A stretch of DNA of 64,000 bases from Azolla caroliniana (Eukaryota; Plantae; Polypodiophyta): contig JBHGNT010000003.1 in NCBI GenBank assembly GCA_043228905.1, positions 15,500,001-15,564,000 on the forward strand. Direction: 5' to 3'. Positions within the stretch are counted from its first letter, which is position 1, and every line of letters begins with the position of its first letter. Under the pieces are notes generated by a model. It searched no databases and had not been told where the DNA came from. It saw only the letters and a program-made list of their open reading frames with translations. The position numbers and the translations under genes are program-made. Of this stretch, positions 1-12,299 are shown one piece after another.

Positions 1-790
1 TGATGGTAGACGGGTCCTGCGTCCGGCGCCATCTTGCTGCCGGTCCCTCCAATGTGACGCCAAATTCCGCTATCTTAGAGCGTTCTTCTTCCTTCGGTGT
101 CAATCGCTGGGACACATGGTTGGCTTCCCATGTCTGTTCAAAGGCGTGCACATGAGCTTCCGCGTCCGGATCATCTCTATACTTGGAGTACTGGAACGGC
201 ATGTCGTCGTCCGGTATCGGTGTGCGGGCTGGTAGTGTTGGTGCTCGTTCCGGAATTTTCTCCAGCGTCGGTGGTCTTTCCCGATTTGTTTCCGGCGTCG
301 GTTGTTTTTCCTCTTCCTTTGGTGATGGAGGCCTCTCCTCTTCGACTTCCGGTGTCGGAGGTCGTTCTTCCTCTGCTAGTTCCGGGGGTTCCAGCGTTAG
401 CACTTCCGGTTCCGGTGTTGGTAAAGTATCTGATCCTTCGTCCTCCGGTCCGCCCGGGGTTTCGTTGCTGCTACGGTAGTTCGTGTGCACGCTGTATTCC
501 CCTTCGGAGTCCGATTCATATGCTGAAAAGGCTTTTGCTTCGCCTTCTCCGTTTGTCAACGCGTGGAGAAGGGATTCGGTTTCCCGGAGGCTGCTTAGGC
601 TACTGCCGTCGTCCGGGTGCGATGTTTGCTGTAACCAGAGGGAGTCCTCCGCTACTCTCCGGATTACGTTGGAAAACGAGCGATCCGCTCTAATTTCCTG
701 CGCCGCTTGCTGGAAAGCCTCGCGTCTCCTTTGCCTTTCAGCAAGGCGTCGAGTTCGATCTGTAACCAGGTCGTGCGTTGATCTAGACAT
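1..790 (-). CDS. gag: Ty3/Gypsy (Athila-like non-chromovirus) gag N-terminal part, open to the window edge
   Basis: Manual translation from ATG at 790 has no stop: MSRSTHDLVTDRTRRLAER...Pro/Glu-rich linker...MPFQYSKYRDDPDAEAHVHAFEQTWEANH...KIAEFGVTLEGPAARW. It is homologous to the + strand gag at 1927 (MAFSYPRF...SHIRLFLNVWNANH...IEFGLTLDG*AAFW). It is absent from the ORF track because it runs off the window. Confidence 0.85.
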   Translation of the reverse strand, partial: MSRSTHDLVTDRTRRLAERQRRREAFQQAAQEIRADRSFSNVIRRVAEDSLWLQQTSHPDDGSSLSSLRETESLLHALTNGEGEAKAFSAYESDSEGEYSVHTNYRSSNETPGGPEDEGSDTLPTPEPEVLTLEPPELAEEERPPTPEVEEERPPSPKEEEKQPTPETNRERPPTLEKIPERAPTLPARTPIPDDDMPFQYSKYRDDPDAEAHVHAFEQTWEANHVSQRLTPKEEERSKIAEFGVTLEGPAARWRRTQDPSTI

Positions 791-820
791 CCATCCGTGC
801 CGTCGTTCGCTGCAAAAGCA

Positions 821-836
821 GGAATCGTGGTCGCCA
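821..836 (-). promoter_or_regulatory. Primer-binding site, probably tRNA-Arg
   Basis: Minus strand reads ...AACACA GTTTT TGGCGACCAC..., between the LTR end and gag. TGGCGACCAC fits the 3' end of plant tRNA-Arg(UCG) as I recall it. Confidence 0.6.
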
Positions 837-841
837 AAAAC

Positions 842-1279
842 TGTGTTAACTCTTCGAGCTGGACAATGGCCTAACACAGGGTGTCTACGGGAGACACTTC
901 ACCAAAGGGTGTTACGGTCACCGGATTAGACTTTAACGCTTAATCCTACTTGGTTAAGTTACTTATTATGATCGTCTTTCATAACACACGCGTAAGATAT
1001 AACAATTATGACAGAACGGCAATTAACACAGAGAGATAACAACGCTTAAGCTTTCATTAATTAACTGCTAACTATTACATTGTATCCGGGCCTTTAAATA
1101 GGTTTCCGGTCTGTATTACAAAACGGTGCCATCCGCACCTATTCGGGATCGGTCCGGATCCGGAACGGCATACCGTTTCTGGTCCGTCCGTCCACACTCA
1201 TAGCTTAATTACAACCACATTCTTACTACTTAATTAGCTCTCCGTTTCCCACTCTGGACTCCTTTCCCGGCCGATAACA
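842..1279 (-). mobile_element. 5' LTR of the Gypsy element that extends left out of the window
   Basis: TG(TG)TTA...TAACA termini, abuts the PBS, AT-rich core. It interrupts the accessory-ORF fragment at 1280. Confidence 0.7.
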
Positions 1280-1798
1280 TCACTTTCTGGTATCGCGATG
1301 GGCTCTGCTCTTTGCCGTGTGCTACTTGCTTCCATGATTCAGTGAAACATATCTTCCTTACTTTCGCCGAAATCGTCCAGTAGCTGCACGAGTTCCTCGA
1401 AGTGCTGGTCCGCTAGCGTGCGATAATCCTGTGCTAGGTCCTCGCGTACTGCCACAATGCCTTCCTCATTGAGTTTGTAGAAACCTCGGCCTTCTTTCCT
1501 ACAGTTCTCCCAGTCTGCTCGGTAGGTATGCAACTCCGCCGCTTGTGTTGCCCATGCCATCCAGCCTTTGTCTAGGGCCGCTTGTAATTGCACTATAAAC
1601 CTCTCCCGATTTGTTTGAAGAAGTATGCCCACTTTGTCGGTTATTCCTTGGTAGCGGTTTTGTGCTTCTTCCAGGGTTTTTTTGAGGTTTTCGATTTCTT
1701 GCTTACTAACCGCAACTTCTTCCTCATAATGGTTTTTCATTCCTTCCCATATCTGAGATTCTTTCGAGTGTAATTCCTCTAGTTGGCCCATTTCATTG
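1280..1798 (-). pseudogene. C-terminal coiled-coil part of the Gypsy accessory ORF (inverted continuation of 7576-8837)
   Basis: NEMGQLEELHSKESQIWEGMKNHYEEEVAVSKQEIENLKKTLE is nearly identical to the peptide at 8708-8837(+) and continues beyond it. Confidence 0.8.
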
Positions 1799-1926
1799 AC
1801 TATTTCGGCGAAACTTGGCCTCAGTGATATCTTTCCGGACCACAAAGTCGACTCCACGCTCACCCATCACCACGATATCAAACAGGAAGTTCTGTCAATC
1901 TTTCCCTGCCCAGCATAGCATCGAGA

Positions 1927-3560
1927 ATGGCCTTCTCCTACCCACGCTTTAATATTGAAATAGATGCCGCAAGCCACATCCGACTATTCTTGAACGTTTG
2001 GAATGCGAATCACATGGCGCAACGATTTCTAGAAGAGGAAGCGCACCAGTAAAAAATGATAGAGTTTGGTTTAACTCTGGATGGTTGAGCTGCGTTTTGG
2101 CATTCACAGATGGATCTACCAGCAATCCACACCTTCGACCAATTGCAGTCAGCATTTCTGCGATTTTTTCATCGGAGGGTACCTCAACACGAAATCATCG
2201 GGCAGTTCTACACAATCAAGCACCTACTAGCAGAATCGGTTGCGGACTTTAGCTTACGCTTCCAAAAGCTACGACGGAAATTAGAACAAGCCCTAACAAA
2301 TGACGAGGCTAGGGAGACGTTTCTGGCAGCCCTGTGGCAGCCTATCAAGATGACGCTCAACACACGTAGTGTGAAAGGGGAAACAACGGACCTGGTTATC
2401 GAGCGAGCATTACAGCTTCAGTTGGACGAAGAGGAGGAAGGATTTTCTCTGTCCTCATTACGACAAGCATTGCCTTAGGAAGAGGAACGCCACTTTCGTC
2501 AGGCTATTCAATGCACGATTTGCCTCAATTCTGGGCATTTCGCGGTGGAATGCAATATGTGAATTCACTGCCCAATTTGTCACTCAAAAGCACACACGGT
2601 CGAGCAGTGTGAGTACAATATGCTGAATAGACCTACGCCCACAGTACGACGCGTAGAACCACAATGACCACCTCGCTGAAATGATCAAAGGCGCCAAGAG
2701 GAACGACCCCAATATACGGATCGAAATCCATGAGATGACCGCCACTACCGTAATCGCCAGAATAACAACGATTCCGACGAAGAGGAGCCGGAGGATGAAG
2801 AATATCGGGGCAACCACTAGTATAATAAAGGAGGGTGTCGTTACGACAACCCTCGTTCGACGAACAGGTGTGGTGGATTCAATGGGCCTCGCTCACAAGG
2901 AAAGCATCGACAATATAGGGACCAAAGGTGTTATGATGAAAGTTCGGAAGATGACCGGCTCTAGGAGGCACGCAAGGACCAACCGCAAACACCTCGGATA
3001 GACCTACGCCCACAGTATGATGTGTAGAACCACAATGACCACCTCGCCGAAATGATCAAAGGAGCCAAGAGGAACGACCCCGATATACGGATTGAAATCC
3101 ACGCGATAACCGCCACTACCGTAATCGCCAGAATAACAACGATTCCGACGAAGAGGAGCTGGAGGATGAAGAATATCGGGGCAACCACTAGTATAATAAA
3201 GGAGGGCGGCGTTACGACAACCCTCGTTCGACGAACAGGCGTGGTGGATTCAATGGGCCTCGCTCACAAGGAAAGCATCGACAATATAGGGACCAAAGGC
3301 GTTACGACGAAAGTTCGGAAGATGACCGGCTCTAGGAGGCACGCAAGGACCAATCGCAAACACCCCGGAATTCCAGGAGGATGCAACAAGACTAAGAGGA
3401 GCCAACGACGCTTGGGGATAGGAATCCACCACCAGCTACAGAGAAAGGATAGTCCAGCATACATTGTTTTGTCTGCCAACAGCCCGGACATTACGCAACT
3501 CAATGTCCACTGCGCAAGGGCAAAGGACCATCCATAAATACAATTACGACGGAAGTTTCG
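1927..3560 (+). pseudogene. gag: gag with three CCHC zinc knuckles
   Basis: Retrotrans_gag-like FDQLQSAFLRFF...ESVADFSLRFQKL. Knuckles CTICLNSGHFAVEC and CPICHSKAHTVEQC (~2510-2610) and CFVCQQPGHYATQC (~3465-3510). Confidence 0.8.
2627..3368 (+). repeat. 371-bp tandem duplication inside gag
   Basis: atagacctacgcccacagta... starts at 2627 and again at 2998. The ORF track shows twin peptides (2681 vs 3052; 2584 vs 2961). Confidence 0.9.
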
Positions 3561-3879
3561 CAGGTCACGACACGACAACAAACAAAGAATGCTGATTGGG
3601 CTGCACAAGATGAGGTACGCAAAGTGACCCAAGCATGGGTAGAAAAAGAAAATGCGGCAAATACGACGCGTATGCGGTAGGAGTCCGCAACTAATGTTGG
3701 GCCGATAGAAGAAAACATAATATCCCTAGACCCCATATGGCAAGCACTGGTAGGCTGTGAAATAACCATGACTCTGGAGAAACTCCTTCAACTAGTTCCA
3801 CGATTTCGGCAGGCCATAGAAAATCGCATAATTGGCAAGCTTGGTATAAACGTCTCAATAAATTTAGCCGAAACTAGCG

Positions 3880-6800
3880 CCGAACCAACAGTGGTGGATC
3901 ACCACAATTTAGCCATTACGCTAGTACTACACGGGCAGTAAATAACAGGCTTTATAATCGACGGGGGCTCGGGCGTTAATGTGATTAGTGCAAAGATGTG
4001 TGAGCAGTTATGAATTTTGGAATGGGAAGCTTGCCCCTTTTAGCTTCGCATGGTGGATACCCGATCTGTCAGGCCCTTACGGTTAATCTGGAAACTATGC
4101 ATCGTCATTGGTGGTCACCACTTTGACATCTCAACGGTAGTACTCGCACTTGACACGCCGGGAGCGTACCCGATACTACTTGGCTGACCTTGGCTTCATT
4201 CGGGTAACATCAAACAGAGCTGGCAACATAATTGTATTAGTTTTCGACGAGGACGCAACAAAGTTCGCGTACCCACAAAAGCAATGACAACGCAACCCCA
4301 AGGAATGACACCATTGTACGTAGAAGACATAAATATGCTGCAAGGAGTGGATGATATAGAGCTAGAAGCATACCTAGAGGAACACTCGCGAATCATCCTG
4401 CTATTCGAAATTGACGTAATAGAAACTGCGGCGGAGTACGCTACTCCCACTACACTTCACGAAGAGGCTGAACCGGACTGAGAGTCGATAATGGAATTAA
4501 ACTGAGCACGGGCCACATTCGAGAAAGAAATGAAAATTTCATGACGAGTCACTGCCTCAGCGTTGGAAGAAGTTAATGTAGGAATGACAGTGGATCCCAA
4601 ATTACTCTCCATCGCAAAAGACTTACTACCGGATCAGAAAGAGGCGATGTTAGCTCTGCTCAAGGAATACAAAGATGTGTTCGCGTGGTCCCACGAAGAA
4701 TGAAGGGATTAGACCCAAAATTCAACCAGCATAAGATCAATTTAGCTACCGACGCGAAACCTGTTTAGCAACGTCGATACTAAATGAATCCGAATTACGC
4801 GGTCGCGTCAAAGAAGAAATTGACAAACTTCTCAAGGCTGGATTCATTCGACTAGTCAAGCAAGCTACCTGGCTGAGTCTGATAGTCATAGTCCCGAAGA
4901 AAAATGGAAAAATCCGCGTTTGCGTAGACTATCGGAAATTGAACGCCGTAACTATTACATATGCGTTTCCTTTACCTTTCACTGACAGCGTACTGGACGC
5001 AGTCGCAGGGCATGACATGTACAATTTTCAAGACGGATTTAGTGGATACAATCAAGTATGCATGCATCCTGACGACCAAGAGAAGACGACGTTTGTCACC
5101 GACTAGGGAGTTTATGTCATGGTAGTCATGATGTTCGGGTTAAAGATGGCGCCTACTACATTCCAACGGACAATTACGGAAATTTTTGGGGATTACATAC
5201 CCGCCTTTATGCAAGTCTTTCTGGACGATTTCGCAGTGTATGGGACAATAGTTGACCATCAGAGTCATTTACGACTGTGTCTGGAGCGCTGCTAGGCTGC
5301 ACGCTTAAGCCTGAATCCAGCCAAATGCGCGTTCGTCGTCATAAGTGGAGCCCTCCTCGGCCACATCGTTAGCAAGGAGGGGATAACGGTGGATCCTAAT
5401 AAAATCTCCACAATCATTCAAGCAAAAACGCCGACAACGACCAAAGCACTCAGCCATTTGCTAGGACAAATACGCTGGCATAGTCGTATGTTATGATATT
5501 TGGCAGATTTCGCCACGCCGTTACATGCCGCCGTCCACCGTACACCTTTCAATTGGACAACAACTGAAGAAAAAGCGTACGACGCGCTTAAAATAATGTT
5601 GGCTCAAGCACCAGTCATACAACCACCAGATTGGGGGAAACCATTTCACGTTTTTGTAGATGCCTCAGACATAGCGATAGGTAGTGCGTTGATGCAGCTC
5701 ATGGAGCCAAATTGGTACAGACCAGTGTATTACGCTAGTAGGAAGCTATCAAAGGCAGAGCGTAACTACTCCACAACGGAACGAGAAGTGTTGGGGATGA
5801 TATACAACATCAATAAATTTCGACATTATCTACTGGGCGGAAATTTACGTTTCACGTGGACCATACGACATTGCTATACCTGGTGGGGAAGCAGGCGCTA
5901 ACAGGAAAATTGGCTAGATGGATGCTGTTGCTCCAGGAGTTCAACTTTGTTATCCAACATTGACCTGGTACGCAACATACTATAGCGGATTTCTTAAGCA
6001 AGATAGATAATGGAGAAATGGTGCGAAAGGATGACGACGACTTTCCTGATGTAGACATCCTACGGATCGCAACTATAGCGACACGTATGGAAAAAACATT
6101 TTCTGATCATTGGTTGATGGAGATGACATTCTTTCTGACCACAGGATTACCACCGCTGCAATTAAGGACGGACGAAAGGAAATGATTGTCTGTCCGAAGT
6201 CGTAACTTCTGTTTGGTCGAAGGGGTCTTGTATCACAAAGGCAACGACGGGATCTAGCAACGCGGAATATGCCAGGATGAGAAGGACGCTGTCTTACGCG
6301 AAGCTCACTGTGGTACGGCAGGGGGACACTACGCGGGTGATGTTACGGCTCGTAAAGTCTAGGAAGCCGGCCTATGGTGGCCGACTACAACAAAAGGATG
6401 CGTATGAATATTGCAAACAATGTGATCTGTGTCAACGGATGGGCCAACCCACGGAGGTCGCAAGGATGCCACATCAACCAATGTTGCCGTTGGATCCATT
6501 CTAGAAATGGGGACTCGATTTCGTGGGGCCGTTTACACCGCAACAGTTTGGACTAGCAATAAATATATACTCGTGGCTACTGATTATTGCATCAAGTGGG
6601 TGGAAGAGAAAGCACTACGAGAAAATACCGCGGTAGTGACGGCGAAATTTCTTTACAAACACATATGTTGTCGTTTTGGCTGCCCTATCGAGCTCATCAA
6701 CGACAAAGGAAGCCACTTTCTGAATTCGGTCATCTGGGAGCTGACACAACACTATGCTATTGTCCACAAGAAAAACACGCCGTATTATCCACAAGCGAAT

Positions 6801-7420
6801 GGTTTAGCGGAGTCCACAAACAAAACCTTACAAACCATACTAAAAAAGATCGTTAATGAGAACAGAACAGACTGGGATACCAAATTACATAGCGCGTTAT
6901 GGGCGAACCGAACCAGCTATAAGACTAGCATACAATCCACGCCTTTCCGGCTAGCATTTGGGCTAGAGGCCGTAATGCCAGTCAAATTCAGGTACCCAAT
7001 CTACGGATTCAGGTACGAGACCGGGTATTAGAAGACAAATCCAAACAAATACGGCTACAACAGCTGCCCGAACTAGGCGAGACACGAGTACGAAGCATGG
7101 CATACTGGAACAAGAGCAGCCTCGGCGTAAAGCATTCGTGGACCATCATCGAAATGCGCGTGAAAAAGATTTTGCGGCCTGCAAAACAGTCTTAGTCTTT
7201 CAAACACGGATGGGGCAAATTCTAGGTAAATTAAGATTCCTCTAGACGGGGCCGTATTGGATAGTTGGCATGGAAAACGACACGTTTCAACTAGGCAGTT
7301 TGGCCGGAGAAGTGTTACAACAAAAGGTGAATGGGTTTCGACTAAAACCCTACTTGGGACAGTGCCACCAAACCCGTTCCACGCTGTAAACGACACGGCC
7401 AAAGAATCCGCAGATTAATT
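3880..7420 (+). pseudogene. pol: pol (PR, RT, RNase H, integrase)
   Basis: PR IIDGGSGVN (~3955); RT CVDYRKLN, DGFSGYNQ, FLDDFAV; RH VFVDASDIAIG, RNYSTTERE; INT YILVATDY, TPYYPQANGLAE. Confidence 0.9.
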
Positions 7421-7575
7421 AAAGGGACCCACTTGTATTATAGTGTAACAGTAATATTGTATTTAACCGTTAGAAAAAGAAAGAAAAAAAAGAAAAAAGA
7501 GAGAGAAGATAGTGACGCTATTAAAAGGACTTGATGCATGCGCAAACTTCTAGAGCAAGAACATGTGGCACCACG

Positions 7576-8837
7576 ATGGCTCACAGACCAATGAACCCTA
7601 TGCCACAAAAAGAAGAAAATAGAAGGTTTTTTGCACAGTATGGAAACCAATCTTCAGCCTTTAACCCTTGTCGCTCTCCTCACTCGCCTTACTCCCCATC
7701 ATACTACAGAGCCCACATCCGCCATAGCTAGCAAACCTCACCCACTACCCACGAGTCTCACCCACCTACGATGCCGATCACTATTTCTGCCGCCTTGCGC
7801 AGATGGCTCCTTGAAAAGAGAGTGGATGGATACATCAAAGTCGCCGAGGCACTTGGTCACCCTGAAGCCTTGGAAATTGCCAAGAAGCTCAATATAGACA
7901 CGGTCACCAACGCTACCATCCGGAAGAAGCTTGACTTATCATCGCTCGGGGAAAAAAATTTCGACATCCCTCTTGCGGAAACCTTGCAGAAATATTTCGG
8001 GGCATATTTGGTGTCCGCCAAAGCATACAGGACGAAGGAAATCCCTGACCCCTTCTTTCGCGAAATAGCCAAGTTCTTGCTGGAGGTAGGATGCATGCAC
8101 GTAAATGCCTATGGGATGCCAAAGCAGAAGGCATGCATCATCATTGATACCTTCGAAGGGCGTGCAGTCGATTGAGGGGTAATTACGGGACTAGCTTTAA
8201 GGGAAGGCATGCACACGAATTAGGGCTGATGATACTATTTCCACCCCGAGGTCTGCCCGCACCACAGCCCAACAAACCTACGCCGCCGCCACGTTCCGAG
8301 AAACAGAGGTTAGCGGAGTTGGCTACCACGAAATGGGAAGATGAACCACAATCTTCCCAACCCAGCACGCGGACAACATAGGGAGAACGGCCGAAAAGCA
8401 GGGAGGAAGCTCCGCATGAGTAGGAAGCCGAGCAATGCTAGGAAAGCCCGAGGCCAAAACGGCGTAGGCTAGACAGGAAAGATGGGTGCGAACTAGTCAA
8501 AGACACAACCGTGGACAAAGACACAACCGCGGACACAGCAATGCACACCCACACGAAAGAAGAAAACACCAAACTATAGGAGGAAGCCCAAAAGTTGGAA
8601 GTGGTGATCGCAGGAGTCCGGGCGTTATTGGAAGAGACGAAAGTGTGGTACGACGAGCAACTCGTACGAGAACAGGAGGTGATGCATCAGGTTGAAGTCC
8701 GCCTGAACAATGAAATGGGCCGACTAGAGGAATTGCACTCGAAAGAATCTCAGATATGGGCAGGGATGAAGAACCATTATGAGGAAGTGGTTGCAGTTAG
8801 TAAGCAAGAAATCGAAAACCTCAAAAAAACCCTGGAA
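7576..8837 (+). pseudogene. Sense-strand accessory ORF 3' of pol (globular domain, Pro/Glu linker, coiled coil)
   Basis: Segments 7771-8175, 8172-8381 and 8595-8846 form a disrupted protein containing FFREIAKFLLEVG...MPKQKACIIIDTFEGRAVD(W). A homologue lies at 20214-21110. Confidence 0.7.
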
Positions 8838-10821
8838 TCCATGTAGCCAACCAACTATTTGGCTACGCCTGCCTGATATAGCAACGCCATGTCTTTCGTG
8901 CCGCTGAAATATCACAATATCCTTTGCGCGCACTAAAAGTGTTTGGCCGTAGGCTGTGACATAAATTGACTGATTAAGCCGACCGGGTAGCTGAGATCCG
9001 GCCGAATAATCGTCAAATAGATGAGGCTTCCGACAATTTGTTGAAACCGTGTCGGGTCGCACGCCTATCCTGAATCTCGGCGAAGCTTTACGTTTTTGTC
9101 CAGAGGGGTCGAGATGGGCTTACAATTTGCCATCCCGAACTTGAAGAGCATATTCAGCGCATAATGACGCTGACTGATGAATATGCCCTCGGGGGTGCGG
9201 ATCACTTCGATCCCGATGAAGTAATGAAGGTCTCCAAGATCCTTCATGTCGAATGATGCCGCAAGCTGAGACTTTATGCGGTGGATTTCGTCCAAGTTGG
9301 CACCGGTGATGACTAAATCATCAACATAAAGTAGGAGACTTACCAGTCCATATTGACCTTGCCGAACAAATAGTGAAGAGTCTGATTTCGACGTCGTAAA
9401 CCCCATCCTACGCAACTGTTGTGTAATCTTCGCGTTCCAGGCTCGCGGGGCTTGTTTAAGTCCATAGAGTGACTTCTTCAGTCGGCAAATTGCCGAGGTG
9501 TTTTGTTCGGATAGAAATCCGGGGCGCTGTACCATGTACACATGTTCCTCAAGATCACCTTGCAGGAACTCGTTCTTTACATCCATATGATGTAAGTGCC
9601 ACCCCTTTGTCGCAACTACGGCTTGCAGAACCCGCACGGTAGTCATCTTTGCGACGGGCACGAAGGTCTCATTGTAGTCCACGCCGTGCTTCTGCTTGTA
9701 GCCTTTCGCGACTAAGCGAGCCTTGTATCGATTGACCGAGCCGTTGGTGTTGTACTTGACCTTGTACACCCACCAACATCCAATCAGCTTCACACCCTTT
9801 GGTACGTCAACCAGGTCCCACGTCTCATTATCAGTCAAAGCGTGCATCTCTTCCTCCATCGCGGCATGCCAGTTTGCGTCTTTCGCCGTCTCTCTGTAGC
9901 TCTCCGGCTCACGCACTTCCACCACTTGCGTCATGTATGCGTAATGGTGCACCATGTACTCATTACACCCGTATCTCTTTACGGGGTTCTTCAAGCGGGT
10001 AGATCGACATAATTCATGATTACTCGATTTCACGACCTTTTCGGCTACTGTCGACCTCTTGTGTGGAGGTTCCTTTTTAGTTTGGTCGTAGTCAGACTCG
10101 CTCAGATCTGACTCGGCATTGCCGAAGTCGTATTCTGGCATTTTCTTCTTGCCTTTTTCCTTGCACGTAAACCGTCTCCTCGATTCATTACACGGGGACA
10201 TCACGACTCAGTCTTCGCTACTTGTCGTCTCTTCAATAGGTTGGCCATTGCGGCCCAACCCCTCATTCGGCCCACTTAGCTGAAATGAGATCGGACTCTC
10301 TCTCTCTCAGAGCTCCGATTTCTTCATCGTGCGGAGGCATTTCAGCCTCGCTGACTTCTTCCTCAGAATTCGGAATGGAGTCGTGAGGTATTGGAGGTGA
10401 AGGCAGGTACCAGGAAGCGGATTCATCGAACACGACATCTGGACTTACGCATACTTCCATTGTTCGGGGGTTACAATATTTACACCCCTTCTGCTTGTCT
10501 GGATAGCCAACTAAGATGCACTTTTCAGCTTTGGCATCCAACTTCCTCATCTTTTCCTTCGGCACATGCACATATGCAATGCTACTGAAAATCCTCAAGT
10601 GTGCCAAGTTCAGCTTCTTCCCGAAATACAATTCATGTGACAACACTCCTCCATTAGCAGAAATCCGATTCTGCAAGTAGACAGCCGTCTTCACGGCTTC
10701 ATCCCAATAGAATTTCGGCATATGCTTCTTCGATTGTCCGATTCTTCTCTTCAAGCATTGCCCTAGTCGCTTCTTCGATTGTTCGATTCTTCCGTTCGGT
10801 CAAGCTGTTCTGCTACGGCGT
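8838..10821 (-). pseudogene. pol: Ty1/Copia (element A) integrase C-terminal part and RT, truncated before RNase H
   Basis: KLDAKAEKCILVGY, YKARLVAKGY, SLYGLKQAPRAW, LLYVDDLVI, GSLIYLT. Confidence 0.92.
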
Positions 10822-12233
10822 TGTCGTGAAAATCCATCAATATGTGCGGATTGTGAGACGGAACCGCTGGGGTTTTGGACTAGAAGGATTTAGTGCAACA
10901 CGTACAACACAAGCAAGTTTTAAGCATAAGACAAGTGGGAGAGACAAATCATTAATTTATTACAAAAGAAAATCGATTCTTTATAATTTCAGAATCATGT
11001 TACAATGGGTTGGGTATGGAAATGAGAGATTAATTTTTCAAAGAAAGGAGCCAACAACCATGCAAGGAGTGGTCCGATATGAATACGAGAGATTTTTTTT
11101 TTTTGACAAGAAAGATCGAGTCCACAAAGCTAGGAGTTTGATATCAATATGTGAGATAATTTGTTTCTCGAAACAGAGAGGGAAGAAGAAGGAAAAAAGA
11201 AAAACTAGGAGGGAAAAAATGGGACATATATCGAGCTCCCTGTTGATCCTCCTCCCCAATGTTACTTTGCATGCCCACTTTTGGTTGGATGGCCTCTATT
11301 TTTAGTTGCATGGCCTCTGCTTTTAGTTGCATGCTTCCATTTTTAGATGCATGCCTTTTACTTTTAGTTGCATGGCCTTGGCTTTTGGTTGCATGCGACT
11401 GTTCGTATAATTCGGCCAAATGACACAATCATCCATAAAGTTTAGCCCGTGCGCAATCCGTACGTGCTTCGCAACCAAACTGTAGACACGTCCGCACACA
11501 AAAGTCTCGACCGCGTAGTGTACGCATCCACGCGCGCGTGCGTCCAACCCGCACCGTGTATGCATCCGCGCGCAAAAGCCTCGACCGCGCTGTAGTGTAT
11601 GCATCCACGCATGCGCACGTGCGCACACACGCATCCGTTCGAAACATCCACGCGTACGCCCGAAACTTGCACACGCGCGTACATTCGAAAACGTCAACGC
11701 GACCATGCACACGCCCGTACACCCAAAACGTTAACCGCGCCGTAGTGTACGCATCCACGCATGCGCATGTGCGCACACACATGTCCGTTCAAAACGTCCA
11801 CGCGTACGTCCGAAACTTGCACACGCGCGTACATCCGAAAACGTCAACGCGACCATGCACACGCGCGTACACCCAAAGCGTTAACACACTTGTGCTTACA
11901 CGCGGCCGAAGCGTGCACAACACACAGTGTAGCCCAAGTCACCTTGAACATTCTGTGCTCCACACACTAATAGAATGAATATGTTTTGGTTTCTGTTATA
12001 TATTCTGGGTTCCAATGTTGTCCTATCTATGTGGGATATCTCACAGTTTTGCCTTTTCTTTTCTTTTCTTCAAGCTTCATACTCATATAACTTGATACTT
12101 TTTTATCCGTTTTATGCGTAGTAAAATATGCTATGAAGCTCTTGAACATATCTATCTTTCCATATCAATATATTAAGCTAATCGTAAATAATTATTTTAC
12201 TAGTTTTCATATTGTGTGAAAAACCACACGACA
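10822..12233 (-). mobile_element. 3' LTR (1.4 kb) with internal CG-rich tandem repeats at ~11430-11930
   Basis: TGTCGTG...CACGACA termini, adjacent PPT. Shares its start and the atgcaactaaaa repeats with solo LTR 32932-34302. Confidence 0.85.
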
Positions 12234-12299
12234 TTCACCCCCACCAAACCTGCACATCCACCGGTATGTGCCAATTGTGGTGAGGTTCCTCTTTTTTAA

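Larger units (their letters stand above)
1799..8837 (+). mobile_element. Degenerate LTR-less Ty3/Gypsy internal region (Athila-like): gag-PR-RT-RH-INT plus accessory ORF
   Basis: Gypsy domain order, many stops and frameshifts, both ends truncated. No extra archaeal-type RNase H seen between RH and INT. Confidence 0.85.

Noticed and set aside
97-929. Plus-strand ORFs of 198, 98 and 148 aa
   Set aside because: Antisense shadows of the minus-strand gag.
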